This document shows, piece after piece, positions 63,285 to 64,000 of a stretch of 64,000 nt of DNA. The notes below the pieces were generated by a model. That model saw nothing but the letters and a program-made list of their open reading frames with translations, made no database searches and had not been told where the DNA came from. A program made the position numbers and the translations under genes. This stretch comes from an uncultured Acidobacteriota bacterium. GTDB lineage: Bacteria > Acidobacteriota > Terriglobia > Acidiferrales > UBA7541. Positions within the stretch are counted from its first letter, which is position 1. Each line of letters begins with the position of its first letter. Where the stretch lies: positions 816,402 to 880,401 of the forward strand of contig CAWAEM010000004.1 in the NCBI GenBank assembly GCA_963780935.1. Reading direction: 5' to 3'.

Positions 63285-64000
63285 TCACTGCGGTACGGCG
63301 TAATCGTAGCGCAAAGTGGGCGGCATGCGTTCAGAACGTTGCCGCGTGTTGTAGTCCAGCTGGTAGTTCAGGTGCCCGGAATCTTCGGGATATTCCTGCC
63401 CGGGCGGATACGGATAGGAGGCCAAGGAGTGCCGCGGCAATGGTTCCACGGTGAATCCGTGCGCCGCGTAGAAGTCCAAATCTTTTTCGAAACCGTCCGC
63501 ATAGAAGAAATAATCGCGCACCCAGCCCGTGGGCAACGCCGGCAATTTGCGCGGATCGAAGTCAAGTTTTACGCCTTCGCCGGAGCTGAAAATCGCGAAG
63601 CGATCGTCGGCGGCGCCAAGCAAATTGCGCACGTCGCCGTAACGCGTGTAATTTCCTGCCGCGCGCGCGTAAGGCCCGGTCATGCTGCGGCGGCGGTAAG
63701 AATAAATCGTGTCGCTCGCGGGGTGCAGCCGGGTTTCCCGGGGAAAGCCCAGGAAGGCCAATTCCGCGTTGGCTAGCGGAATCTCCATCACGCGCACATC
63801 GCGTGGCTCCGGCGTTTGGTCGATGCGCACCGCATCCCAGTAAATTTTTAGATTGTTTACGATGCGGATGCGCCGCGTGCCTGCGGGCAGTTTACCCGTC
63901 AGATCGGCAACCATCGTGCGCGCCAGTCCCGCCGGAAAACCCATGTCGTCGACGACGCGCGCCCATTGGCCTTGCGCGTCCTGCGCTTCCACATACGGCG
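63285..64000 (-). CDS. C-terminus of a large FG-GAP/ASPIC-UnbV-type protein (5'-truncated by the window edge)
   Basis: DMGFPAGLARTMVADLTG...NLKIYWD...GWVRDYFFYADGFEKDLDF...TVEPLP...YNTR, recognised from memory as this family's C-terminus; frame open at the edge. Confidence 0.6.
   Translation of the reverse strand, partial: PYVEAQDAQGQWARVVDDMGFPAGLARTMVADLTGKLPAGTRRIRIVNNLKIYWDAVRIDQTPEPRDVRVMEIPLANAELAFLGFPRETRLHPASDTIYSYRRRSMTGPYARAAGNYTRYGDVRNLLGAADDRFAIFSSGEGVKLDFDPRKLPALPTGWVRDYFFYADGFEKDLDFYAAHGFTVEPLPRHSLASYPYPPGQEYPEDSGHLNYQLDYNTRQRSERMPPTLRYDYAVPQ

Noticed and set aside
1-64000. tRNA, rRNA, CRISPR arrays, IS elements, integrases, prophage genes
   Set aside because: None recognised on either strand by eye; a tRNAscan-SE/Infernal/ISEScan run would be needed to exclude them formally

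Overview
A 64 kb stretch of GC-rich bacterial chromosome with about 53 CDS. It is probably from Acidobacteriota; this is inferred from the acidobacterial-type VWA paralogs, Ser/Thr kinase-beta-propeller, Gly-rich TonB and FG-GAP/ASPIC-type protein. I saw no rRNA, tRNA, CRISPR array, transposase or integrase. Most genes are housekeeping or metabolic: oxyR-catalase, thiolase, hbd, recA, ileS-lspA-rluD, fadN-like, mmsA, zwf-glk, yggX, acnA, ppk2. Several poorly understood modules sit among them. The best candidates for undescribed biology are: (1) an Lgt-family prolipoprotein diacylglyceryl transferase fused in frame to a class I SAM O-methyltransferase (56931-58409); (2) an operon of a cobalamin-binding-type radical SAM enzyme with a C-terminal WYCCAEP motif and an ATP-grasp ligase, with no precursor peptide nearby (51173-54059); (3) a receiver-thioredoxin reductase fusion lacking CxxC, co-transcribed with a cNMP-domain histidine kinase and a UBP-type zinc finger (34076-37485); (4) a small ORF upstream of recA preceded by a 43-bp quasi-palindrome of two LexA-like direct-repeat boxes; (5) a Rieske oxygenase paired with methylmalonate-semialdehyde dehydrogenase; (6) a zinc-ribbon-rich ECF sigma locus lying between thiolase and hbd; (7) an apparent GC-skew sign change near 40-41.5 kb. 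All calls come from reading motifs by eye; no database searches were run. Several starts were moved from the ORF track to more plausible positions.
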